DNA of 64,000 bases from Sphaerodactylus townsendi (taxonomy: Eukaryota), in contig NC_059434.1 of NCBI RefSeq assembly GCF_021028975.2, positions 74,834,001-74,898,000 of the forward strand, read 5' to 3'. A model generated the notes under the pieces. It was not told the origin of the DNA. It did not search any database and saw only the letters and a program-made list of their open reading frames with translations. Below, piece after piece: positions 12,291-23,800 of this stretch. Positions within the stretch are counted from its first letter, which is position 1. Each line of letters opens with the position of its first letter. A program made the position numbers and the translations under genes.

Positions 12291-15200
12291 GGTGAGATGC
12301 TAGAACATCTGGAGTGCCAAAGGTTCGCCACCACTGTGCTAGAATAACCAGGATGTGAAGGGAATGGCAGGCAAAGATTTTTATGGCACTTAAGGGGTAC
12401 TTGGAGATAATGTTCAAAAAGGGAAACGATAGAGGTGAACACTTACCCATTATCCAAGCCCCAGCTATGTGTGGATTTATACCAGGGCACTGAATCAATT
12501 GTGCAGAGTGGTGCTGTGTATGGTTGTTACTAATTATAAGACTTAAGAAGGGAGGCAAAACAGGGGGCAGGCAGATATGTGAGCACATGTGGCAGATTTG
12601 GAGCCCAAGGTCTTCCTTCCTGAGATTCTGGGGGCAGATCCGGTTCCAGATTTTGGGGGTTCCCAGGCAGAGAGTTCTCAGGGCCCGCCTCCACTCCTTT
12701 GCCCACCACCAGGCATTTATGCCATCCTCCCCCCACCCCAATCTGCTTGTGTCTCCTTTCCTTGTGTGCTCACAAGCATTCCCACTGTCCATATGTTCAC
12801 AAATGCCGATTGCCTCTTTGCTTGCACCTATGCTCTCCTTGTGTATTTGTAAATAAAAGAAATATTGCAAAGTCACCATACACCTCTGCCATTCCCTGGG
12901 AACTGGCTGACTAAGATAGAGTCTACCTAAACAGCCCAAACAAGGTATGCAGGATCCCACCCACTCCTCAGGTCTCATCACAAGTTAGAGCAAGTCTCTG
13001 TCCTTTCTACGAATTAGGAGAGGGCTCTTGGGGTGTACAGGGTTTCTAACCCCTTTGAGACTGAGCTTTTGATGAGATGTGCATGTAAAACGCTGAAGTC
13101 GCAGCCGAATTCAAGGTGAGATAGAAGTTGAGGTGGTTTGTCGTTGCTTGACTCTGCATGTCAACCCTGGACTTCCTTGGCGGTCTCCCACCTAAGCAGT
13201 AACCAGGGCCAACCCTACTTAGCTTCTGAGATCTGGGATCAGGCCATTCAGATCTTATCCCCTATTGCAGAAGGCATCTTACAAAAATGACCACAGTCTT
13301 GACCCACAGCTTTGACAAATAAATATTTTCCACCTGCAGACTCTAAAAGGTGAATCCATATTCAGACACTTAGCAACATTTTTTCCTGCATATGATTGCC
13401 TAAGCATAGCGCCTAAGTGGCACTAAGATTAAAATATAATTACAGTCATTAGATGGCTTGAGGAGTTATTCTGTGTTGCACACACTGGAAAACAAGTATG
13501 TTTTCCTGCCATGAAACGAATTATTCTAGTTCGACCCTGCAGAAGTTTCAGACATTTGCAATTGACTGCAGGTGACAAATTACCACTTCCAATCTTCAAT
13601 TTGCTCCATTGCAAAAAGGCATTTTTTTCTACTGCTGTCTGTTGTTTTTAGCATAGCTGACTTCTGGCCAGCCTGTGAGAATCATGGCTTTTGGCAATCT
13701 ACCTTGCGAAAATGTATCAAAAAGAGTGATAGAAATGTTTGAATCGGTCATGAATTTTCCTTCGATCTTAATGTATAGCTTTCTAGTAGACATACTGTAT
13801 AGGTTAGCTGACCTGCAGGATCATCTTTTGGGTAGGTTCTCAGCATGATTGGGAATTGAGGTAAGTGGGAGATGTAAAAAGTGGGGGTTTCTGTGTGAAA
13901 ACTATTTACAGTCAGCCCTAGAGGCATTACACAAATTTCATAGAGGGAAATGCCACAGTATCTGGACCCTCAGTCTAAGCTTGTCAGATACATTGCTAGA
14001 GACAAAAGAAGAGGCCACTTTAAGAGAATCTCTACTGAGCAAGCTTCATGACTTCCGGAGACTGATGGACGACCCCTTTTATTGCTGACACTAACAGTAA
14101 AGTATTGAGTTACACAGAGTTCATTAATGATACATTAATAATAATGTAGGGTATTCTGTCAGGGAAAAGCTAGCAGTGGCACAGAAGCAAACAAACACAA
14201 ATAGACAGTGGCAGCTAAAAGCAGGGCTCCCGGGAGTATCATATTATTTGTTAGGAGTTCTACAAATTTTTTTTACTAAGTTCTTAATAGCACAGGCCAA
14301 AGTAAAAGCTTGATTCCTTTACATTAGGAATTTGTTTCGTTAAAAAAAGAGGCAAGTAATTATTATTTTATGATGTTAATGTAGATTAATTTGAATCCTC
14401 CAAAAATAATAAGGGGAGAGATATCCTTCTGTCATCGTCATCTGTCTGATTAAATGTGTTGAAGAGATATGTCATATTCGACAAATTGCTACATCATCTC
14501 ATCCAAAATGTCAAACAGCTCACAACATCATTTCCCCTTCCTCCACTTTATCCTCACATAAGCAGTAACTCTGTGAGGAATGTGAAGCAGAGAGAGAGCA
14601 ACCAGCCCATGTTCATGTAGTGATAAAGTGGGGATTCGAACAGAAGTTTCCCTGATCCTAGGCCCTTCCACACATGCAGAATAATGCATTTTCAATCCAC
14701 TTTGCAGCTGGATTTTACTGTACGGAATAGCAAACAATTGTGAAAGTGGATTGAAAATGCATTATTCTGCATGTGCGGAAAGGGCCATTGTCTGACACTG
14801 ATTTCCCTGTGCCAGAGGTGTCCAACTCTGGCGTTTCAGATGTTCATGGACTACAATTCCCACCAGTCCCTATTGGCATGGCCAATTGACCATGTCAGCA
14901 GGGGCTGATGGGAAATGTAGTCCACAAACATCTGAAGCACCAGAGTTGGACACCTCTCCCTATGCCATGCTGGATTTCTGAGGAGAACTTTGAAGGGGAC
15001 AATAGGACTGTGAAAGGATGCGAAAAATAAAGGGTTCAAATTCCCATAATGCAGTTTGATAACTAAGTTACCATTCTGAAGCCTATAAACTGTTCCTGAA
15101 TGAGGGTCACGGTTTCCAGAGCATGGTGTACAATATAACATCTTGGGAGTGCAGAATTGCACAGGTACTGAAAGGAAGATGCAGGTTAAAGATAAGGATT

Positions 15201-16753
15201 GCAAACTTCAGGTGAGGCCTGGACATCTCCTGGTATTAAAACACCAGCAATCAGTTCCCCCAGAGAAAGACCAGCTTTTAAGCTCTGATCTCCCTAGGCT
15301 CCACTGCAAAATCTTCAGGAATTTCCCAATCTGGAGTCGGCAACCCGACTAAGGAAAGGCAAACTTTTCCTAATCCACTGAGGCAACGTTGATAGGCTGA
15401 CATACAAGATGAACATTTTGAGATAAAACCTTCACGCTCCCCACCAACGCCCATAAATCTCCAGGCATTTCAGGCTGTGTGGCCGTGGTCTGGTGGATCT
15501 TGTTCCTTAGGAAGGAACCACAGACCACAGCCACACAGCCCAGAAAACCCACCAGAACCAGTATACTTCCATAATTTGGGTTTATGTTAATCCTACCCTG
15601 TCTGTCTCTCCTGTCTGTCTCTCACCCACTCTGAATAGACTGATTCATCTCTTTGATGGGTACTTGCTTTAGGCTGGTACCTTCTTCCCACTGCACCCTT
15701 TTCTGTTGCTGGAACTCTTTTAAGTATAAATTTAGCTGCTTTGGATGGCATCTGACGAAGCAAACTGTGACTCATGAAAGCTTTAAATTTTGTTAGTCTT
15801 TAAGGCGCAACTGGAGTCTTGCTTGATAAAAAAGAAACTACCTAGTTAAATTAAAACTATCCATTCCTGTGTAGTTCTGAATGTGACAAAGAGGAAAGAG
15901 ATTAAGTCCTTTCAAAATACAGGTAGGCCTGGACTATGATCGACACCTCAGCAATACACATAATTACTTTATTTACAGAGACTACCTCATGCAGAAATGG
16001 GATTTAATGTATGCCTAACTTTACAAGAAACTCCAGCCAACCGTGCTCATGTAATATTTATTCTTCTTTGTATTAGTTTATTGCCTCTTTACAAATAAAG
16101 CCACATTCAGTATAGGTTAGGCTTGGGTGAAGGTATATTTACTTATTTTTCATTCATTTACAGATTGCCTTGAAAACTTCGTTTGGGATGTACAGTTTTC
16201 AAAGTTAAAAAAACACCAAAAAATGAGTTGTTTCACCACATCATAACATGAAAAATAAATAAAAGTATTTTCAAAAGAAATAGAATTGTCACCACAGTAG
16301 TAATAAGAAGCAGTCCTTCTCACGTAAGTATACCATAATTGGGAAAGAGATTATCCAAATGACTGGGTGGTGGTGGAAAGTGCCGTAAAGTCACAGCCGA
16401 CATGGTTTTCAAGGCAAGAGACAAACAGAGAATGGTTCGCCATTGCTTGCCTCCACATACCAACCCTGGACTTATCTGGTGGTCTCCCAAACAAATACAA
16501 ACCAGGGCCAACCCTACTTAGATTTTGAGATCAGGTTAGCCTGGGTCATCCAGACTGGGGGAAAAGCCTGTAGTGCTCGTTTAATGTGCGTCTGAAAGAC
16601 AAAAGATGAGATGACAGACAGCTCTTGAGGCAAGGGACTCCATAAGGGGCGTCCCATGCTGAAAGCCAGCTTGGTGTAGAGATGCCAGCAGGGCATGATG
16701 GGAATTGTAGTCCATGAACATCTGAAGACAGCCCTGGATTACAGGGTCTGATT

Positions 16754-17139
16754 CAGTGGTGGGATCCAAACATTTTAGTAACAGGTTCCCATGGTGGTGG
16801 GATTCAAACTGTGACGTAGCGCCAATGGGGCTGGTGAGGCACGACGGCAGGCGTGGCGGCGAGGCATTCCGGAGATGAGGCATTCCTGGGGCGGGGGGGC
16901 TGTGTAGGACGCCGGTCATTGGGCGGGAAGCAGATACGCGCCGAAGCAGGCTGCCACGCACACCGGTGCACCTCCTGCTAGACTGCTTCAAGTTCTGCAC
17001 GCTACTGCTGAGAGGAGGGGTGTAACTAAGGCAAAAATCGCGTGGCAAAATCACCAATTAGTAACCCCCTCTCGGCACACACAAATAATTAGTAACCTAC
17101 TCTCGGGAACCTGTGAGAACCTGCTGGATCCCACCTCTG
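16754..17139 (+). mobile_element. Non-autonomous hAT element (TIR CAGTGGTGGGATCC); other copies 42540-42940, 43427-43815, 61071-61262
   Basis: TIRs plus 8-bp TSDs GTCTGATT, CCCAGAGC and CCTCAGAG. Confidence 0.88.
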
Positions 17140-17673
17140 GTCTGATTAGGTTTGAATCCCCATTCTGCTGCAGAAGTTCACTGGGTCTCACCCTCACCTA
17201 CCTCACAGGAGGATAAAATAGAAGCGGGAAGAATGATGCAAGAACCAGATCAGGAAAAAAGTGGGGTTCAGGTATTCAGTTAAATGAGATTAGAATGAAT
17301 ATTGGGAAAGCCCTAATCAACAGTCTTTCCTCCGTAAAAGATTGGTTCTTGAGAAGGATTCTCTTGACAGAGGCAATGTGTTGAATATTGAATAGTTACA
17401 TATATATCACACCTTTTGTCCACTGCTGAACTCAATATGGTATATGTAACATTCCTGCGAGGACTCCTGTACAGTATTTGACAACAAGGATTCATTGCCT
17501 TGAGCCCCATAATCTGATACCAAAAGGGAGAATCAGAATTCTCCTTGTGGCAAAGAGAAAAATCCTCAGATTACTTTGTTGTCTTCAGTGAACAAAAACA
17601 AAAGAGTTAGGCAGAAAAGGACATCAACTAGGTTCGAATCAACAATCCAAACAGCGTTCCTTGCATCCAAATT

Positions 17674-17888
17674 TCATGACAGACCAAACTTTTCATAGTG
17701 CTCCAGTGCAAACAGGAACATTTCTCGGAGAACATCTTGGCTACTATATCTTGGAAGAATGAGGTTTCGATTACAGGTGCAGGCTACAGGATACCACTTG
17801 TCTGGATCTTCTTTTCTGGCATCCGAAATTGTAAATTTGAACGTTTCCATCCCTAGACCTGGAATGCAGTTCGTTCCTGTAAGAAAAG
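17674..17888 (-). CDS. HERC5: HERC5-like exon 24 (HECT C-lobe, catalytic Cys codon 17773-17775, stop)
   Basis: AFLTG...YPVACTCNRNLILPRY...EKFGLS*; Phe at position -4 as in HECT ligases. Confidence 0.95.
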
Positions 17889-20800
17889 CTGAGGAAACAA
17901 TACAAATTGAATAAGGGGCAGCTGGCAAATAACCTTTTAAAAAATGGAGTAAAAAAGATGCACACGGACGAAGAAACGTGGGCCTGCTTCATATGTGTGC
18001 ACAGGGTACAGAAGCACAGCTGCAAATAGCAGATATGCACCAGGAAGGTCAAGCCAATCACAATCATGCATGTTGACCATTTGCTTACACAAGCACAATC
18101 ACGCTTATATTAGTTGATTATTGAGAGCAGTTTTATCCTGCCTTTCTTCCAAAAACTCAAACCGGAAAAGGGAAGAGGATAAATAAATATATTTATTTAT
18201 ATACCCCGTTTCTCCCCCATTGGGATTCAATGCAGCTTAGGACAAATTCTTCCCTCTTCCATTTTCTCACAACAGCCCTGTGAGGTAGGTTAGGCTGAGA
18301 ATTTGTGATGGGGCCAAGGTCACCTAACAAGTTTCCGTAGTAGAAATGGAGAATCAATCCCAGGTTGGCTAAGGTCTTAGTCCATAATGCCAGACTGGCT
18401 CTTTTATGTGCCCCTTACACATTTCCCTCATTTGCATTCATTGAAAATGCTGGGGGGAAGAATTAGGACTAATAAAAGGAAACACTTCTTCACACAACGT
18501 GTGATTGGTGTTTGGAATATGCTGCCACAGGAGGTGGTTATGGCCACTAACCTGGATAGCTTTAAAAAGGGCTTGGACAGATTTATGGAGGAGAAGTCGA
18601 TCTATGGCTACCAATCTTGATCCTCCTTGATCTCAGATTGCAAATGCCTTAGCAGACCAGGTTCAGGAGCAGCAGCAGCAGAAGGCCATTGCTTTCACAT
18701 CCGGCATGTGAGCTCCCAAGGCACCTGGTGGGCCATTGCGAGAAGCAAAATGCTGGACTAGATGGACTCTGGTCTGATCCAGCAGGCTAGTTCTTATGTT
18801 CTTATGCATTTTATTCTCAGAAAGGCCCTGTGAAGTAGGTTAGAATACCAAAGTTACCCAGTGAGTTCATGGCACACAAAGATCTGAATCTAGGTCTTTG
18901 TACAACAATCTAATCATTTCACCCCACCAATAATGGTGTGGGATTCTCATATGTAACTTCTGTACTGCTTAATGTGTCATGTTAATATTTATACTATGCT
19001 TCACTTCTTTGTTCCACATCCAAATAAAATCTAAATGTATTGGTTACTGAATGTCCTATTTTATTAATTATATGGACTCCCTAAGCATAATCCGTCTTGA
19101 GTCCTATGATAAAGGCAGATTGCAAATAAATAAATAACTTGATTATGCTCTCTTTTTTTTGTTACAATATCAATATCAATATTATTCTTTATTGTTATGG
19201 TTTCAGTGATGTACCTTTGTAATTAAAATGAAAAATGTAAATAAATAATAAAGTAAATAAATGATTACCAAGAAAATCCTTCTTCTTTTCTTCTGGAAGG
19301 TCATGAAACACAGCCCAAAAATTCCTGATTGTCTCATCTGACTTTTCATAGCCATTGTATCGAGCATTCTGTCACAGAGAATAAAAACAGTCCTGGTCTA
19401 TTTATCTTTCAGTATAATTTTATATAAACCAATATGCATGGCCTACCACACGCTCAGCACAGTTAGTTTGGTCATTGGTTTGCGTTTATAGAAAGAGCCA
19501 CTCCCCACAGTACAAACTGACAAACCCAGGTTTGGACAATAAGTGTATGCTTGTCAGAAAGTTGTGGGCAACCCCAGCAGCCTATTGAATGATACCTGCA
19601 TGATTATCAAGACTCCAAGGCCCCAGGGATTCTGAACGTGAGATGCCAGAACTCATTTCTGGCCAAAGGATCAGCTTGATCAGCAAAGTAAGTTTCTTAA
19701 TCCCATGAGGCCAAAAAAGGCCAGATAATACACCCTGATCCCTGTAGGAGCTTACATGCCAGCCTTATTCACCAGTATGAGGCTACTGAGTGCTGTGCAA
19801 AGATCTTCTGAGGGCTAGTTCAAGACAACCACCAATAAACTACTCTGTGCAGTTCAAATGATGCATCCCAGATGTTGCAGAGCATGCTGGGTTTTAAACC
19901 ATGGCTAAAGCAATGCTACTTCTGTGCCTGTGAAAATGCTGCCATCCCAAGATACGTTTGGATTGCTTTTCCAGTTCAAGCCCTTCCTTAGGCCTGCCCC
20001 CTTTCAGGCCCCTTAAACACATGCAGAATAACGCACTTCCAATCCACTTTCAATGCACTTTGCAGCTGGATTTTACTGTGCAGAAAAGCAAAATCCATTT
20101 GCAGAAAATTGTGAAAGTGGATTGAAAGTGCATTGTTCTGCATGTGAGGAGTATTGTTCTGCATGTGAGAGTATTGACTCAGCTCATACACCTGTACATT
20201 TTCTCCCGAAGACTTGAAATTACTGCTGGTGAAGGTTAAAGAAGAAACATGCCAAAGCAGGACTATGGCTGAACATCAAGACAAAGAGTAATGGCTATTG
20301 GGGCAAAACTCAGCTTTAAGGTTGACAATGAAGAAATTGCTCGATTTCTATTCCTTGGCTCCATCATCAACCATAATGGAGACTGCAACCAGAAATCAGG
20401 AGTACATTGTGACTGGGAAGGGCAGCCATAAAGGAGCTAGAAAAGTTTATTAAATAACAGGATATGTCACTGGCAACCAAGATCAAGACAGCCAGTGTGG
20501 TGTAGTGGTTAAGAATGGTGGATTCTAAACTGGGTTTGACTCCCCACTCCTCCACATAAGCTGCGGACTTTTATCAGGTGAACTGGATTTATTTCCCAGC
20601 TCCTCCAAATGAACCCTGCTGTGTGACCTTGGGCTAGTCACAGTTCTTTGGAACTCTCTCAGCCCCACCTACCTCACAGGTTGTCTGTTTTGGGGAGAGG
20701 AACAGAAGGGTTTGTAAATTGCTTAAGCCCCCTTACAGGAGAGAAAGACAGGGTATAAATCCAAATTGTTATTCTTCTAGTATTTGCTACTTCTATGTAT

Positions 20801-23800
20801 GGGTATGAAAGTTGGAAAATGCTGTCAGGAAGTAAGTAGATTTATTTGAAATATGGTGCTGGACAAGAATGGATACTATGGACCGCCAAAAAAGACAAAT
20901 CAGTGGGTTCCAGATCACATCAAGCCTCAACTCTCCTTAGAAACTAAAAAGACTATTGTACTTTGGTCACATATTGAGAAGACAAGAGTCACTCGAAAAG
21001 ATAATAATGCTAGGACAAATCGAAGACAGCAGGAAAAGAGAAAGACTCACCATGAGAAGGATTGATTCAATAAACGAAAGCCTTAGTTTGCAAGTCCTGA
21101 GCAATGACTTCTGGAAGTCATTAATTTATAGAGTTGCCATTAATTGGAAGCAACTTGACGGCACTTGACACCAGGGACAAAGTGAGGGGGAATTGCGCCC
21201 GGTGCGCATATGCGCCCACGCCCCTCCAAGCCCCCGTCCATCCCGGAATGCCCCCAGAATGCCTCTGTCAGGGCACGTGCCCGGTGCGTCATGTACCCCC
21301 CGCTCCCTTGGCACTATGCCACTGCTCACTGCTCACTGCTCACACTGCCACAGCCATTTTAACACATAAAAGTGATGAGTGCATGCATTCTTCATAATAC
21401 AAAAAGTTACTTACTATTGGTGGAAATTAGGTATGTACTAAACATGCCTGAAGGTAGCAATAAGGACCAGTGCAGAAAGAGTCAAAACAGCAAGGACTGC
21501 AATACAGATGCTTCACTGCCCAATTCTATCAAATATATTTCACTGACTGCTTAATTCAGCTACACATACATGCACACACGGTTTATGCTCATTGTTACCT
21601 TTTCTAGTTGTTCCCAATTGTAATTGGTCTGCCCAAGCAGAAGTAGGCGGAGCTCAGTAGGAAGGAAGACGTTCCACTTTTTAGTTTGGCAGCCTCTTGA
21701 AAACCCATCCATGAAATTCTTAAACTGCTCTTTAACAGAATCGTTGAATATGTAATTCACATAGGCATCAACGTATTCTTTTCTGTAAACAAATTGTTCA
21801 GCCGTTTTATTTATTTACTAGGTTTACTCATCTTTTTTTCCTTGCAAAATATCTAACCTCAAAATAACAGCCTGGATCCAAAAGGTAATGGTGGCACCTA
21901 GGTTACCATCAGAATACTGAAGCAGCACTTAGTAGCTTTGGGTCAAAGACAATTTAAGCCTCCTGTTAGAAAATCTTTCACCAAAGGCCCCTAATTGCCA
22001 CTGAGTTTGAAAATATCAAGGTTCAGCATCAAAGCTGTCAAAAAGGGCATTAATACCGTGTTTCCCCGAATATAAGACAGTGTCTTATATTAATTTTTGC
22101 TCCCAAAGATGTGCTATGTCTTATTTTCAGGGGATGTCTTATTTTTCTGTGTTCTGTTCGTCGGGCATGCTTCCAAACAAAAACTTTGCTATGTCTTACT
22201 TTCGGGGGATGCCTTATATTTCGCACTTCAGCAAAACCTCTACTATGTCTTATTTTTCGGGGATGTCTTATATTAGGGGAAACGGTATTTGAGCTTGACT
22301 CATTGTTATCTTAGCAAAACACAAAGCCACAAGCTTGCATTGGCTGGGATAATGCATATGCTTGGGTAGAAGAGTTTTTGCTGGGCAGAATTGCTGCTGC
22401 TTCTTGCATTCACCATCTGCATATTCCCCTAGCCAGAGGCGTGTCTCTAGGCAACCCCCTACTGTGCCTTGGAGCAGGGCATGGCAGGGCTCCACCTCCA
22501 CCCCCAGCTGCCGCCCCCCACCCCCGCCTCCCAGCCGGCAGTCCCTTGTGCCCTCCCTCCTGGGTGGAGCCAAGGGCTCCCGAAGACGACAAGGCAGGAG
22601 GACTTCCTGCTGCCTTGTCATCTTCCTGGTAACGTGAAGGCCGATTTTGCACCCCCTACGCGACCAGATTAGTGGCACCCAGGGACAGAGGATACCCCTC
22701 GTCCCTAGGTAAATACGCCACTGCCCCTAGCGATTTTCACAAGTCCCTTCCTTCTTCAAAGTCTGATCTGAAGAGATGGGGTGGATGACCAGCAGGAGAG
22801 ACCTTTGCAAGGGACTTCTGGGGAGAAGGATTAAACACATGCCTCCCCTGCAAATTTCCCCTGCATCAGCATTAGGAACGTCTCTTTCCCCCAGATACAA
22901 CAATCATCTTAAAACAAATTGAAAACCTTGCCTGTTGTACTTAGTGACAGGAATGTTGGCACCATTTTCTTTCAATTCAACAGAAACTTTACATCCTCCT
23001 TCTTCTTTCAGTACCTCAATAAAGAGAGAGGTAAAATCAAAGCTACTGTGGATCATAAAAACATTATTACAATTTACTTTGATTATACTCTGTCTTGCTT
23101 CCCAACTGAAACCGAAAGAGGTGTGCATCATTCTCTATTCCTCCATTTTTATCCAGCTTTTAAAAATTCTGAATGTTGCATGCAGGCATGTCAGCAAACT
23201 GATCAGAAAAGTCAAAGTGCCTACATGTGTATGCCACAAATCAGGGCTATGAAGAGGGCATCAATATGTCTTACTGTGAAATCCAGCATCAAGCTTTCTA
23301 AGATGTCATCATACTGCTCATCCAAGACTGCTTGAAGACACCTAATGGGCAAAACAGCAAAGTGAAATACATAAAATGCAAGTACTTAGGAATAGTTGAA
23401 ATCAGAGACCCCCAATCTTCTTGCACCTTTCGTATTTTGAGGAAGAGAATGGTAAGTGTCACTCCAAAATGGCTGTTATAGAAGCTGAAGCCAAACCCAA
23501 AATGGCTGTCTCAGGAGGTGGAGCTGAATGGGGTACCTCCCCCCTTGCACCTCCTGAGAAGAAGGAAAGACTGAAGGGGAAATGGACCCACACACTAAGG
23601 AAAGTCCTGGTGCTTACCAATCTTCCCTATCTTCTAGCAGAAAACTGGTTCATTTGAATGAGGACAGCCAATAACAAGCTTTGCCTTACAACAGCCCCAT
23701 CCATTTTATGAAAGGTTTGGCAGGTACCAAGGGAAGCACTGCTGAGCGCCACGATGCCGATGGGCATCATGTTGGAGAACCCAGAGTTAAATGCAACTGG

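Noticed and set aside
12262-12981. 239-aa minus-strand ORF
   Set aside because: No recognisable domain, Trp/Cys-rich composition typical of non-coding frames, and it runs into repeat fragments. I also found no TSD to support a solo LTR.
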